Positions 1 through 9,180 of a stretch of 52,433 nucleotides of DNA are shown here, piece after piece (within the stretch, counting starts at the first letter, position 1; every line of letters starts with the position of its first letter). The notes beneath the pieces were generated by a model. That model ran no database searches and was not told where the DNA came from. It worked only from the letters and a program-made list of their open reading frames with translations. This stretch comes from a candidate division WOR-3 bacterium. GTDB lineage: Bacteria > SDB-A. Both the position numbers and the translations under genes were made by a program. The DNA is taken from the NCBI GenBank assembly GCA_016929715.1, contig JAFGIG010000030.1:1-52433 (forward strand), in the 5' to 3' direction.

Positions 1-660
1 GAGAACATAAATCTCTGCAGGCTCCTCGGGATTAAATTTCAGCCAGTCAGCAAAATCCTATATTCAGAGATAGCAAGGTCCGCCGGAGAAGATCCTGATA
101 GAGCCGATCAACTCGCTCAAATGTTCGGACTCGGCAAAACCGGATTGATAAGGATGACGACGGGAGACGTCATTGACGCCGGAAACATGGTCCTTTTAGT
201 AGACACTCTCGCATTGCCGAAAATTTTCGTCGTCCCTTCATGCACCGTCATTAACGACGACAAAACTTGTCTTTCCGCGGTTCAAGACGAGAATTTCAAC
301 TTTTCTGAAAAAGTAATTCTCTCTCAAGAACCTGACATATCGCCGTCTTCCGGCGGCAGTGCACAGATAACGGAATACTCGCCGGACCGGATCAGAGCCA
401 AAATCTCAACCGGCGGTCCTGCTTTAATAGTGGTCAACGACAATTGGGCTCCGGGCTGGAAAGCTTATATTGACGGCGTCAAAACAGACGTATTGAGGGC
501 GAATTATACTCTTAGGTGCGTCGCGGTTCCGGATGCGGGGGAACACGATTTCGTTATGATTTACGACCCTCTTTCTGTTAAAATTGGATATGCTGTCACG
601 CTGTCGGCTATCATTCTTTGGTCAATTCTCGTGATCATCTGCTGGAGGAAGAAAATATGA
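1..660 (+). CDS. YfhO-family membrane protein (GT-C-like), C-terminal part; 5' truncated by window edge
   Basis: Frame is open from base 1. The C-terminus has the typical YfhO pattern (YSPDRI...LIVVNDNWAPGWKAYIDG...RANYTLRCVAVP.GEH...YDP) followed by a terminal TM helix. Confidence 0.75.
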   Translation, partial: ENINLCRLLGIKFQPVSKILYSEIARSAGEDPDRADQLAQMFGLGKTGLIRMTTGDVIDAGNMVLLVDTLALPKIFVVPSCTVINDDKTCLSAVQDENFNFSEKVILSQEPDISPSSGGSAQITEYSPDRIRAKISTGGPALIVVNDNWAPGWKAYIDGVKTDVLRANYTLRCVAVPDAGEHDFVMIYDPLSVKIGYAVTLSAIILWSILVIICWRKKI

Positions 661-1370
661 GACCTCTCGTCGTTATCCCGACATATAACGAAATTGAGAA
701 TATAGAAAAAATCTTAAAAAAAATCCTGTCTCAGGACCCAAGACTAGAAATTCTCGTCGTCGACGATTCGTCTCCCGACGGAACAGGAGAAAAAGTTCTC
801 GGGATGAGAAAAGCTGACGGCAGAATACACCTGAAAAGAAGATCGGGAAAACTCGGCCTCGGAACGGCATACGTTGAAGGTTTCAAGTGGGCTATTGAAC
901 ACAAATACGACTGTGTTTTCGAAATGGACGCTGATTTTTCTCACGATCCGGCTATGCTTCCCGTGTTCCTCGAAGAAATAAAAAAATACGATCTCGTAAT
1001 AGGATCCAGATACATCAACGGCGTCAGCGTGATAAACTGGCCCATGAGCCGCCTTCTTCTGAGTTATTTCGCCAACAAATACGCATCTCTGGTCACAGGT
1101 TGTCCCATAAAAGACCTCACTGGAGGATTCAAATGCTTCAGAAGAGAGACTCTCGAAGCTATAGATCTTGATAAAGTGCATTCAGACGGATATTCATTTC
1201 AAATTGAGATAGATTTTAAGGTTTACGCCAAAGGATTTAGAATCAAAGAGATACCGATAATATTCGCCGACAGGACTGAGGGAAAAAGCAAGATGTCAAA
1301 AAAAATAGTCTGGGAGGCTATTTTCATGGTCTGGCGCCTCAGACTGGCCAGATTATTCAGAAAGCTATGA
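657..1370 (+). CDS. Polyprenol monophosphomannose synthase (GT2, DPM1-like)
   Basis: Motifs VVIPTYNE, VVDDSSPDGT, GLGTAY, EMDADFSHDP, DLTGGFK, GYSFQIE, F.DR..GKSKMS. ATG at 657 overlaps the upstream TGA (ATGA), so it is preferred over 618. Confidence 0.9.
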   Translation: MRPLVVIPTYNEIENIEKILKKILSQDPRLEILVVDDSSPDGTGEKVLGMRKADGRIHLKRRSGKLGLGTAYVEGFKWAIEHKYDCVFEMDADFSHDPAMLPVFLEEIKKYDLVIGSRYINGVSVINWPMSRLLLSYFANKYASLVTGCPIKDLTGGFKCFRRETLEAIDLDKVHSDGYSFQIEIDFKVYAKGFRIKEIPIIFADRTEGKSKMSKKIVWEAIFMVWRLRLARLFRKL

Positions 1371-2755
1371 TCGTCAGCAAAAACGAAAAGATAAATAAGT
1401 TTTTCTGCCTATGGGACCTTTTAGCCACAATCCTGCTTTTTGTTTTTCTTCAGTTCTTCATTCAGATTTTTTTTATTGATACTGAATACAGGACTGTTAT
1501 GCAGAGGCTTTTCAGGCTTCCCTGGGTCATACCTCTCATAATAGTAATTTGGGGTTTCTTTCTCAACGCATATCAGACATACCCGAAACCTGAAACCCGA
1601 AAGACCACTGAACTTCTTTTTTCGCTTATTAAAGCAGTCGTCACGGCAGGAAGCATTCTCGGGCTTTTCTTTTTCCTCACAAAATCATATATACAGAGTC
1701 GCGCTGTTTTCATCTCTTTCATTTCTATTGATTTCGCCGTTCTTCTTCTTAACAGGTTTATTCTTCTGAAAATGAAAAACAAAATGTTAAAGCTCAATAT
1801 AATAATCGTCTCGGACGATCAAAACAGAAGAAACGTCGAAAAGCTTATCCGTAAAAATTTATCCGTCGGAAAGCGAAACATCGAACTGATAAGAGTAGAA
1901 AAAGATATCACTGAAGATAAAATGACTGAAATCTACGACAAGATTAGCGCCGGTTCTATTGACTGGATAGTCGTAGGCCTCGGACCTTCAAATTACAGGC
2001 ATTACGAATCGCTTGTCGAGTTTTGCGAGGAAATAGGAGTCCCGGTATCTCTGCTGGTTGACGCCTCAATAAAACCGAAGATATCATGGCTGAAGGTTGA
2101 GGAAATTTCAGGACTTCCGTTCTTCACTTTTTATACTACAACTGGAAGGGTATGGGGAATCATAGCCAAAGACATCATAGATAAAGTTCTCGCCTTATTA
2201 GGTTTGGCAGCGCTTTTCCCCTTGATTATATTGATAGGAGCCGCGGTAAAAATCTCTTCTCCCGGAAAAATTATTTTCAGCCAAATCCGCTGCGGCTTTA
2301 ACGGCAAGAAGTTCAAAATGTATAAATTCAGGACAATGAGGGAAGGTTCGGAAGATTTACTGCCAGATCTCCTCGAGAGCAATCTCATCAAAGGACACGC
2401 TTTCAAACACCCGAAAGACCCGAGACTCACTCGAATAGGAAGATTTCTCAGAAGATGGAGCCTGGACGAACTTCCCCAGATGTTGAATATAGTGAGAGGA
2501 GAGATGAGCTTTGTCGGTCCGAGGCCCCCTCTTCCCGCTGAAGTCAGTATGTATAAAAACTGGCAGAAAAGGAAATTGTCCATGAAACCGGGATTGACTT
2601 GTCTCTGGCAAATAGGAGGAAGGAATAAAATCCTCGATTTCGACAAATGGGTCAAAATGGATCTTGAGTATATTGACAATTGGTCTTTGTGGCTTGATAT
2701 TACAATAATGCTGAAAACATTCCCCGCGATTATAAGCGGCATGGGAGCATATTGA
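1367..2755 (+). CDS. Undecaprenyl-phosphate sugar phosphotransferase (WcaJ/WbaP-type polytopic phosphoglycosyl transferase)
   Basis: Four N-terminal TM segments and a Bac_transf domain: KDIIDK, FKMYKFRTM, DPRLTRIGRFLRRWSLDELPQ, GEMSFVGPRP, KPGLTCLWQ, DLEYIDNWSLWLDI. ATGA coupling. Confidence 0.9.
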   Translation: MIVSKNEKINKFFCLWDLLATILLFVFLQFFIQIFFIDTEYRTVMQRLFRLPWVIPLIIVIWGFFLNAYQTYPKPETRKTTELLFSLIKAVVTAGSILGLFFFLTKSYIQSRAVFISFISIDFAVLLLNRFILLKMKNKMLKLNIIIVSDDQNRRNVEKLIRKNLSVGKRNIELIRVEKDITEDKMTEIYDKISAGSIDWIVVGLGPSNYRHYESLVEFCEEIGVPVSLLVDASIKPKISWLKVEEISGLPFFTFYTTTGRVWGIIAKDIIDKVLALLGLAALFPLIILIGAAVKISSPGKIIFSQIRCGFNGKKFKMYKFRTMREGSEDLLPDLLESNLIKGHAFKHPKDPRLTRIGRFLRRWSLDELPQMLNIVRGEMSFVGPRPPLPAEVSMYKNWQKRKLSMKPGLTCLWQIGGRNKILDFDKWVKMDLEYIDNWSLWLDITIMLKTFPAIISGMGAY

Positions 2756-2771
2756 AAAATTTGGAGGATAT

Positions 2772-4913
2772 ATGTTTGCACTAATGATAATGGCTTTACT
2801 TTTAACTTCGGCAGACGGCATATCAGTTTACACTTCTCATTCATACGTAACCCGTCTTGCCAATTATGAAGGAAAACTGATAACAATGAGTTCAGGCGGA
2901 CTTTGCATAACCGACACTTCCGGCAACAGCGTTCTTATAAACAATTCGACAGGCTTGCTCGATAACAGCGTTTACGACGTCGCCTTCGACGGCAACTCAA
3001 ATATATTCGCTTCTTCTTCAAGGGGCATCACCGTGTTTTCTCCCGACCTATCCGAATATCTCCAGTTGACTTCTTTTTTTCAAGGACTGCCTCACGGAGA
3101 GATTAAGGAACTCGAATTCAGAAACGACACTCTTTGGGCGGCAGGTGAAAACGGTTGCTGGGTCTGGGAGACAGGAGGAAATCCGCTGATTTATTCTTCC
3201 GGCCATTCAAACAGATTTCTTTCCGATAAAAAGGTTTATTCTCTTCTTCTCCTCGGCGACAATCTTGTGGCCGGAACTTTGGAAGCCGTAATTTTTATTC
3301 CTGCCTCTTCTTTCGTTGACACTTCGTCATACATATACTACTCAAAAGGTCTTTCAGCTCAGGAATCCGTGCTATCTGTCATCTTGCATAAAGACACGCT
3401 GTGGATAGCCACCAACACATTCGTTAAATTTTTGTCCGGAGACAGCTTTGTTTCAACAGGCTTTAATTCCCGAAGAATGCGGCTCTCTATAGTCAACGAC
3501 ACTTTGTTCGTGAACGATTATGAAAACTGGTCCATAAAAAGACGAATCAACGGAGCATGGGTTCAATACGGGCCTGGAATACCTTCAAGACCCGTCAGTG
3601 TGACATTGAATCATGAAGGCAAAATCACAGCGGGAACAGCGACTCTGTCGAATTACACTTTCGAATCCAATCAATGGACACATTCGATTCCTCCCGGGCT
3701 TTTCAAGCCCCTCGTGTCCGCCGCGGCTATGCTCCCTAACGGCACGATTGCCGCCGTTCATTTCGGCATTGAAGACGACGACGCGGTTTCCATAAGATAT
3801 CCCGACGGAAACTGGGAAATAATAAGGTCTCTGAACTGGGATACCGCAGGCGACTGGGGAGCCGGCAGATTCATACAGCCCCGGGATGACTCCTCTTTTG
3901 TCATAGGAGTATGGGGCAGGCCCGGAGCTTTGATTTTTCTATATCCCGGAAAGACGAGTTCGGACACATCTACTTTTCAAAAACTGCCTCTTCCATACAC
4001 CGCCGTTCAGCAGCCAATAAGCGCCATGACAGTGACTCCCGACGGAGACGTATGGTGCGCCTCTTTCGACAATATGGCTCCTTATCTTTTCAGGGTGAAA
4101 CCGGACAGTACCGTATTGTCTTATTTCAGCAACCTTTTTATCTATACTTATTCCATCTGCATGCTGAAAGACGGCAGAATAGCCTTCGGAACCGCGCATC
4201 TTAACGCCAACGGCTTCGCGAGCGTGTTCGACCCCTCCGACTCGTCCCTTTCCTCTGAAATTGTAACTCTTTCAGGCAACGATATAAATTCTATTGATAA
4301 TTTTAAGGACGGAATGATATTTATAGGATCTAACGGCGGTATAAACACTTTTGACCTTGCCTCTTACAGAGTCATGGACACGATAACTTATTCAAGCACA
4401 CAGGGTGGACTCTCTGGTAATTCAGTTGTTTCACTTCTCTACATAAAAGGTAACGGACTCTGGGTTCTTTCTGAAAATGCCGGTCTTTCACACAGAAAAG
4501 AAGACGAAACATGGGAGAAGTTCGAGTCTCCTTCCGTCCTTCCCGGAATACCTGTCGGGTCGAACAGGGGAGGCCTTTTTTACAGTCCTGACACCGGCAT
4601 CCTCCTCGTTCCTACGAGCAACGGTTTGTGCGTTTTTCAAGTCGAAACTCAAAACGAAATTCCCGAAGGGGAACTTTTTATATATCCCAACCCATGGCGG
4701 TCGGATTCTCCTCTTACTTTCTCGGCTCAGGGAGCAACCGATTTTTACATTTTTTCTCTCGACGGAACGTTGGTTTTTTCATCTACATCCTCTTTAGCGG
4801 GGACTCTTGTCATTCAGCCTCAATCTCTTGAAAAAATTGCTTCGGGGCTTTATATTGTGATAGCCAAATCTGGGACAACTCTTTCGAGGGGAAGGCTCGT
4901 CATAGTCAAATAA
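2772..4913 (+). CDS. Secreted beta-propeller protein (two-component-regulator propeller repeats, PorZ-like) with T9SS-type C-terminal domain
   Basis: GGAGG RBS and a hydrophobic N-terminus. Repeats such as GLLDNSVYDVAFD and GLSGNSVVSL..GLWV. C-terminal IYPNPW...IFSLDG.LV...SGLYIV...RLVIVK. Confidence 0.65.
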   Translation: MFALMIMALLLTSADGISVYTSHSYVTRLANYEGKLITMSSGGLCITDTSGNSVLINNSTGLLDNSVYDVAFDGNSNIFASSSRGITVFSPDLSEYLQLTSFFQGLPHGEIKELEFRNDTLWAAGENGCWVWETGGNPLIYSSGHSNRFLSDKKVYSLLLLGDNLVAGTLEAVIFIPASSFVDTSSYIYYSKGLSAQESVLSVILHKDTLWIATNTFVKFLSGDSFVSTGFNSRRMRLSIVNDTLFVNDYENWSIKRRINGAWVQYGPGIPSRPVSVTLNHEGKITAGTATLSNYTFESNQWTHSIPPGLFKPLVSAAAMLPNGTIAAVHFGIEDDDAVSIRYPDGNWEIIRSLNWDTAGDWGAGRFIQPRDDSSFVIGVWGRPGALIFLYPGKTSSDTSTFQKLPLPYTAVQQPISAMTVTPDGDVWCASFDNMAPYLFRVKPDSTVLSYFSNLFIYTYSICMLKDGRIAFGTAHLNANGFASVFDPSDSSLSSEIVTLSGNDINSIDNFKDGMIFIGSNGGINTFDLASYRVMDTITYSSTQGGLSGNSVVSLLYIKGNGLWVLSENAGLSHRKEDETWEKFESPSVLPGIPVGSNRGGLFYSPDTGILLVPTSNGLCVFQVETQNEIPEGELFIYPNPWRSDSPLTFSAQGATDFYIFSLDGTLVFSSTSSLAGTLVIQPQSLEKIASGLYIVIAKSGTTLSRGRLVIVK

Positions 4914-4914
4914 A

Positions 4915-6933
4915 ATGGGAAATTATATACAGCTTTCGGATTTTCTCTGTTCTGCTGAGCACCATTCCCTGTATGCGGAAAAACTCAAAAAAGAGGGTTA
5001 TGGACCTTTCGCGTCACACACTCTCAGGCTGACCAGATCCGTATCCGGCGCCTTTCACGCTCCGCAGGCAGTCTCTTTCGTCGAAAAACACAGGAAGACC
5101 GGCATTATAAGAGTGACTTTTGAAGGCAACCTCAAAACGGAACTATCTGATCTGTTGTTAAAAACCTTGACAAAAAAAACCCAGGAAAAGAACATAGATC
5201 TCGAAAAATCCATGTATCATCTCTATTCGAGGATAACTGAATCTGATCCCGACCTCGCGCCTGTAATCGACGCTTCTTTTTACAAACTCGCTGAAATAGC
5301 CACATCTCCCATCATTCTTTCCCTTCCGCCAAAAGAAGCCGTCAGAAAAGGAAATTCAATGGCATCCAGACTTAGAGAATCTGTAAGAAGCGTAAGAAAA
5401 CTTATGAAGAGCAGAAATCTAATTTTCAATGTCTGGCTGGACCTGACCATACTGCCCGTAATAGGTCCGGTGTGGGATGATCTTTCACTCGAATTGGTTT
5501 CAAATATAATAAGCGAGCTGGGCCTTCCGCCGACAATTTTCTCTTCAATTTACAAATCTGTGTCAAAATTTGCCATTTCAAAAGAGATAACAAAATTTAT
5601 AGACGAGAAACCGAAATTTACAGCTGACGATCTGTCATTTCTCGAAGAGAGAATAAGCAGGCTCGGTTCGGAGATATCAATAGAAGAAATCAAAAAACTC
5701 GAAAAATACTCCAAAAAGAATTCAGCCCAAATCAGCAGAAGATTCCATGTGATGTCAGAAAAACAATCACTCGGTTTTTCAGATGTAATGAACTCTTTTG
5801 AAAACCTTTTCGAGTTAATAGCTTTTCCGCCCCAAGATCTCTTGGGTCTGATTTCCGATGAACTCACTCAACAATACCGGTTTATTACTAAAATCGCCAA
5901 AAAAGACCAGAAAATCGAACAGGAAAACATAATTCTGAGAAATCTCAATCTCGCGGGAGGCAAATATATGGCCGATGCGAAAGGCGCCCTTGATGCGGTC
6001 CGCGCGATAATAGTAGGCGTGTTTGAACCCATAATGACTGCCAAATCCTTTGTGGAGGCAACAAAAATTTGGCCCGACGAAGAACTAAACGAGTCATGGA
6101 GCCCATGGGATACTGCAAATCACGCAGCTCTCGTTCTCATTGAAAACGAAAATTACTACAGGTTTGGACTTCATGGAAAGACCGTTCTCGAAAGGTCCAA
6201 AAACCTCCCTCTTTACAAAGAAATTAAAGAAAAATTGGATGCTTCTTCTTCAATAATGACTCTTGTATTCGGAGACATTGAGACAAACTCTGATGAGGAC
6301 ACGGAAGGATTGTTTTCGAGCGTCTCGGAAATAATCGGACAAATAGAATCCGCCGGCCTTGAAGTTCGATCTTTCGGTCCTTTGACTTTTGCCGTGACAG
6401 CGGATAATTCAGAAGGCGGAGCTGTTAAAATATCAAAAATCCTCGATTCTCTTATTCCCGCCGATGAAACTCCCGTCCCGGGGATCGGCATAGCTTCAGC
6501 TCTGCCCGGAGAGGGATTTCTCGCCAAGACATACCCCGGAGGAATCCTCGTCGCGGCGGGTGAAACCGTTAAACGCTCAATGATTCTCTCGAGACTTTCG
6601 TGGACAGTTAAAAGAGTCCTGTGCGATCTTTCTACGGCTCTCTCCCTGATAAAATACAGCGAAGAATTCAAAATTTTATCCTACAGGAGCGCGTCTTTTC
6701 CTCAGCTTGACGACCCAAGAGAAATTCTGGCTAATATTCTCTACAGAAGGACAGAACCTCATGACATAGCATTGGTGTATCCTCCTCTCTACATACAGTT
6801 TTTTGGAGCCCTAAATAAATCAAGACAGCTGATTTCGACAGACGACTACGGCGGCGAGATATCCACATTGATGGGGAATAATATTGAAGGACCTGTTTTC
6901 TCCGTCACAAAAAAGCCTAACGATTCAAGATGA
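4915..6933 (+). CDS. Hypothetical cytoplasmic protein: helical N-terminus plus degenerate class III nucleotidyl-cyclase-like domain
   Basis: 672-aa ORF starting 1 nt after the previous stop. Residues ~447-580 follow the cyclase motif order (IMTLVFGDI; GLEVRSFGPLTFAV; GIGIAS; AAGETVKRSMILSRL; VLCDLSTAL). Confidence 0.5.
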   Translation: MGNYIQLSDFLCSAEHHSLYAEKLKKEGYGPFASHTLRLTRSVSGAFHAPQAVSFVEKHRKTGIIRVTFEGNLKTELSDLLLKTLTKKTQEKNIDLEKSMYHLYSRITESDPDLAPVIDASFYKLAEIATSPIILSLPPKEAVRKGNSMASRLRESVRSVRKLMKSRNLIFNVWLDLTILPVIGPVWDDLSLELVSNIISELGLPPTIFSSIYKSVSKFAISKEITKFIDEKPKFTADDLSFLEERISRLGSEISIEEIKKLEKYSKKNSAQISRRFHVMSEKQSLGFSDVMNSFENLFELIAFPPQDLLGLISDELTQQYRFITKIAKKDQKIEQENIILRNLNLAGGKYMADAKGALDAVRAIIVGVFEPIMTAKSFVEATKIWPDEELNESWSPWDTANHAALVLIENENYYRFGLHGKTVLERSKNLPLYKEIKEKLDASSSIMTLVFGDIETNSDEDTEGLFSSVSEIIGQIESAGLEVRSFGPLTFAVTADNSEGGAVKISKILDSLIPADETPVPGIGIASALPGEGFLAKTYPGGILVAAGETVKRSMILSRLSWTVKRVLCDLSTALSLIKYSEEFKILSYRSASFPQLDDPREILANILYRRTEPHDIALVYPPLYIQFFGALNKSRQLISTDDYGGEISTLMGNNIEGPVFSVTKKPNDSR

Positions 6934-8169
6934 TTATCCTGTAATCCGGTCTAACTCGGCGCATAGATCGAGAGTGAGTTTTTTTCTCTCATAAACCCAA
7001 AGCCGGGATGCATCTTTTTCAGGTTCAGTGCCTTTGACGAAAAGTTCCCTTATTTTCAAGGCGAGTTCTTCATGGTCTTCGGGCGCGACAACGATACCCG
7101 CTCCGGTTTTTCTAAGGACATCAGCCGCATCGGTATCTTTCTGTATCGAGGCGATTATGGGCAATCCTGTCCCTAAATAATCAAACAGTTTGCCGGTTGT
7201 TACGGCATCGCCTTCAGATGGTGAAATGTAAAGCCAGAGAACATTTGCCTCGCAAGCTTTTTCAAGAGCCGCCTTGTGGTTCAGATAGCCTAATGCGCTC
7301 ACTCTGTTTGACAAACCGGCGTCTTTTGCCGCCTGAACGGCTTTTTGCGAACCTTTGCCTATAAAAACAGCCCTTATATCAAGATCTTTAAGCTCTGCCA
7401 TAGCTTTTATGAGAGGGTCAGGTTTTCTTCCCCTCCATAGCGATCCCATGTGGCAGAGGGTGAAACCTTCTCGTTTTTTTTTGCTTTTTTTGGGAAAATC
7501 TTCAGGGTCGAAACCTTGGCTTATGACAACGATATCTTTCCCGGGGTATCTTTCCGACATGCTCTTTTTTATCTTTTCGTTTATGACTATAACGACTGAA
7601 GAGTTGTTTACAATTATTTTTTCAAGCGAAAGGTTTATTTTTCTGTGGAACTTTGTAGCGCTTGGAAAGAGTTTCTCGTCTATCCAGGGGTCTCTGAAAT
7701 CCACTGCGAGCGGTATTCCCTGCCTTTTAGAAACAATTAATCCTGCTATTGCTGAAGAAAAAGGGGGGACGGAGCACATTACGGCGTCGAATCTCTTTTG
7801 CCTGCATAGTTTGATTCCGAAACTCGAGCAAAAGGGCACCCATCCTATTTGAGCATCGGGAAGCGCGAAAGAACGGGGTTTGCCGAATTGAGCGAGTTTA
7901 TCCCGTTTTTCAGAAATAAAATATTTTCTGAATGGACGGCAATGAAAATGGTCAAATGAAGGGACTCTGTGAATTTTGACAATTTCTTTTATCTCTTTTG
8001 CCAGCTCGTTATCGAAAGCGAAATACCACTTCGGCTTCGACGTAAGAACTTCGGCTTCCCATGTGCCGTATGAAAGATATTTACAGAACTTCGCCGCTCT
8101 CTGGACACCGGAAAGACCGAGCGGAGGGAAGAAATATGATATTAAAAGAAGTCTTTTAAAGCCTTTCAC
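6934..8169 (-). CDS. Glycosyltransferase family 4 (GT-B)
   Basis: LLISYFFPP..SGVQR..KFCKYL, PDAQIGW, VDFRDPW, GFDPEDF, TGKLFDYLGTGLPI. GTG start. Confidence 0.85.
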   Translation of the reverse strand: MKGFKRLLLISYFFPPLGLSGVQRAAKFCKYLSYGTWEAEVLTSKPKWYFAFDNELAKEIKEIVKIHRVPSFDHFHCRPFRKYFISEKRDKLAQFGKPRSFALPDAQIGWVPFCSSFGIKLCRQKRFDAVMCSVPPFSSAIAGLIVSKRQGIPLAVDFRDPWIDEKLFPSATKFHRKINLSLEKIIVNNSSVVIVINEKIKKSMSERYPGKDIVVISQGFDPEDFPKKSKKKREGFTLCHMGSLWRGRKPDPLIKAMAELKDLDIRAVFIGKGSQKAVQAAKDAGLSNRVSALGYLNHKAALEKACEANVLWLYISPSEGDAVTTGKLFDYLGTGLPIIASIQKDTDAADVLRKTGAGIVVAPEDHEELALKIRELFVKGTEPEKDASRLWVYERKKLTLDLCAELDRITG

Positions 8170-8175
8170 AGAAAT

Positions 8176-9180
8176 TTACCGCTTCTCGGTATCGTAGAAT
8201 ATTTTTCCGCCGATTCTCCTGAAAGTGATTGTTAAATTTTCTGTTTCCAGCCTGTCTTGATAGGGATATATGCCTTCAGTGACGACGGCGCTGAGTGTTT
8301 CTCTTTCGATAGCTCTCTTTTGAAAATGTTCAAGGCGTGTATTGGAATCTTTTTGTTGGTCTTTTGACAAAAAGAAAGCCGCTGTGGTCAGCGACGCCCC
8401 GATAATGAAAATGACTACAAGAAAAAAGAAGGCGGAAATAATATTGAATTCAATCTTTTTTTCAGGGCTCAGTGTTTGGGATCTTTTTTTGATGAGAGCA
8501 ACGGCTTTTTTTCGATTGAGAGACGCGAGTATTTTATAAATTTTAACTCTTGAAGGGATGGGAAGACACAGAATTTCACTTAAATATTTCTTGTTTCCTA
8601 TAAAGTTATACAAAAATTTTTCTTCCCTGTTGAGAGTGTCCATGGATATATTGTTCACTGACACAAGCGTTTCTTCGTCTCCAATTGATTCGACTATCAG
8701 TTCCATATTTTCCACGGCTTTATGATAATCGTTCCAGAGAGACTCAATGTCTTCTTCTATCTCAAGTTCTGACTTAGGATAGAGCAGTTCGTTTTCTGCG
8801 AAAGTTGTTCCCTGGATTTCATCGTTCTTGAGAGAAAAAACGTTGAAGGCAATATCGCGAATTTTACTTTTAATAAATCTTATCCGCTTCTCAGGTGAGA
8901 GATTTCCTGTAGAAGACAACAGTTCTCCCGGGCTCAATCCCTTCTCCTGGGCGGTTTTTTCCAATCCTGCAAATTCTTCGTCTCCGATTATTTCGCTGTC
9001 AGTTTGAATGTAGAACCAGAGAGGAATGGCTTTTCCGTCTTTTGTCTGCCATATAGCGGCGTTTAGTTTCCCTGTTGAAATTGTCAAAAAAATACTGTTT
9101 CCTGAAGAGGTTATAATAGAAAAAATACCGCTTTTACCCTCTTTGCTCAGTTTGCTCATCATGTCATAAATCATACTCAT
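8176..9180 (-). CDS. DUF4388-like domain protein with C-terminal membrane anchor
   Basis: N-terminal 'LSKEGKSGIFSI...IFLTISTGKL' followed by 'GELLSSTGNLS' and a winged-helix-like segment (KIYKILASLNRKKAV). One TM helix near residue 250. ATGA-coupled to the upstream TPR gene. Confidence 0.5.
   Translation of the reverse strand: MSMIYDMMSKLSKEGKSGIFSIITSSGNSIFLTISTGKLNAAIWQTKDGKAIPLWFYIQTDSEIIGDEEFAGLEKTAQEKGLSPGELLSSTGNLSPEKRIRFIKSKIRDIAFNVFSLKNDEIQGTTFAENELLYPKSELEIEEDIESLWNDYHKAVENMELIVESIGDEETLVSVNNISMDTLNREEKFLYNFIGNKKYLSEILCLPIPSRVKIYKILASLNRKKAVALIKKRSQTLSPEKKIEFNIISAFFFLVVIFIIGASLTTAAFFLSKDQQKDSNTRLEHFQKRAIERETLSAVVTEGIYPYQDRLETENLTITFRRIGGKIFYDTEKR

Noticed and set aside
2131-2886. 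251-aa minus-strand ORF
   Set aside because: Antisense shadow of the conserved sugar transferase domain.
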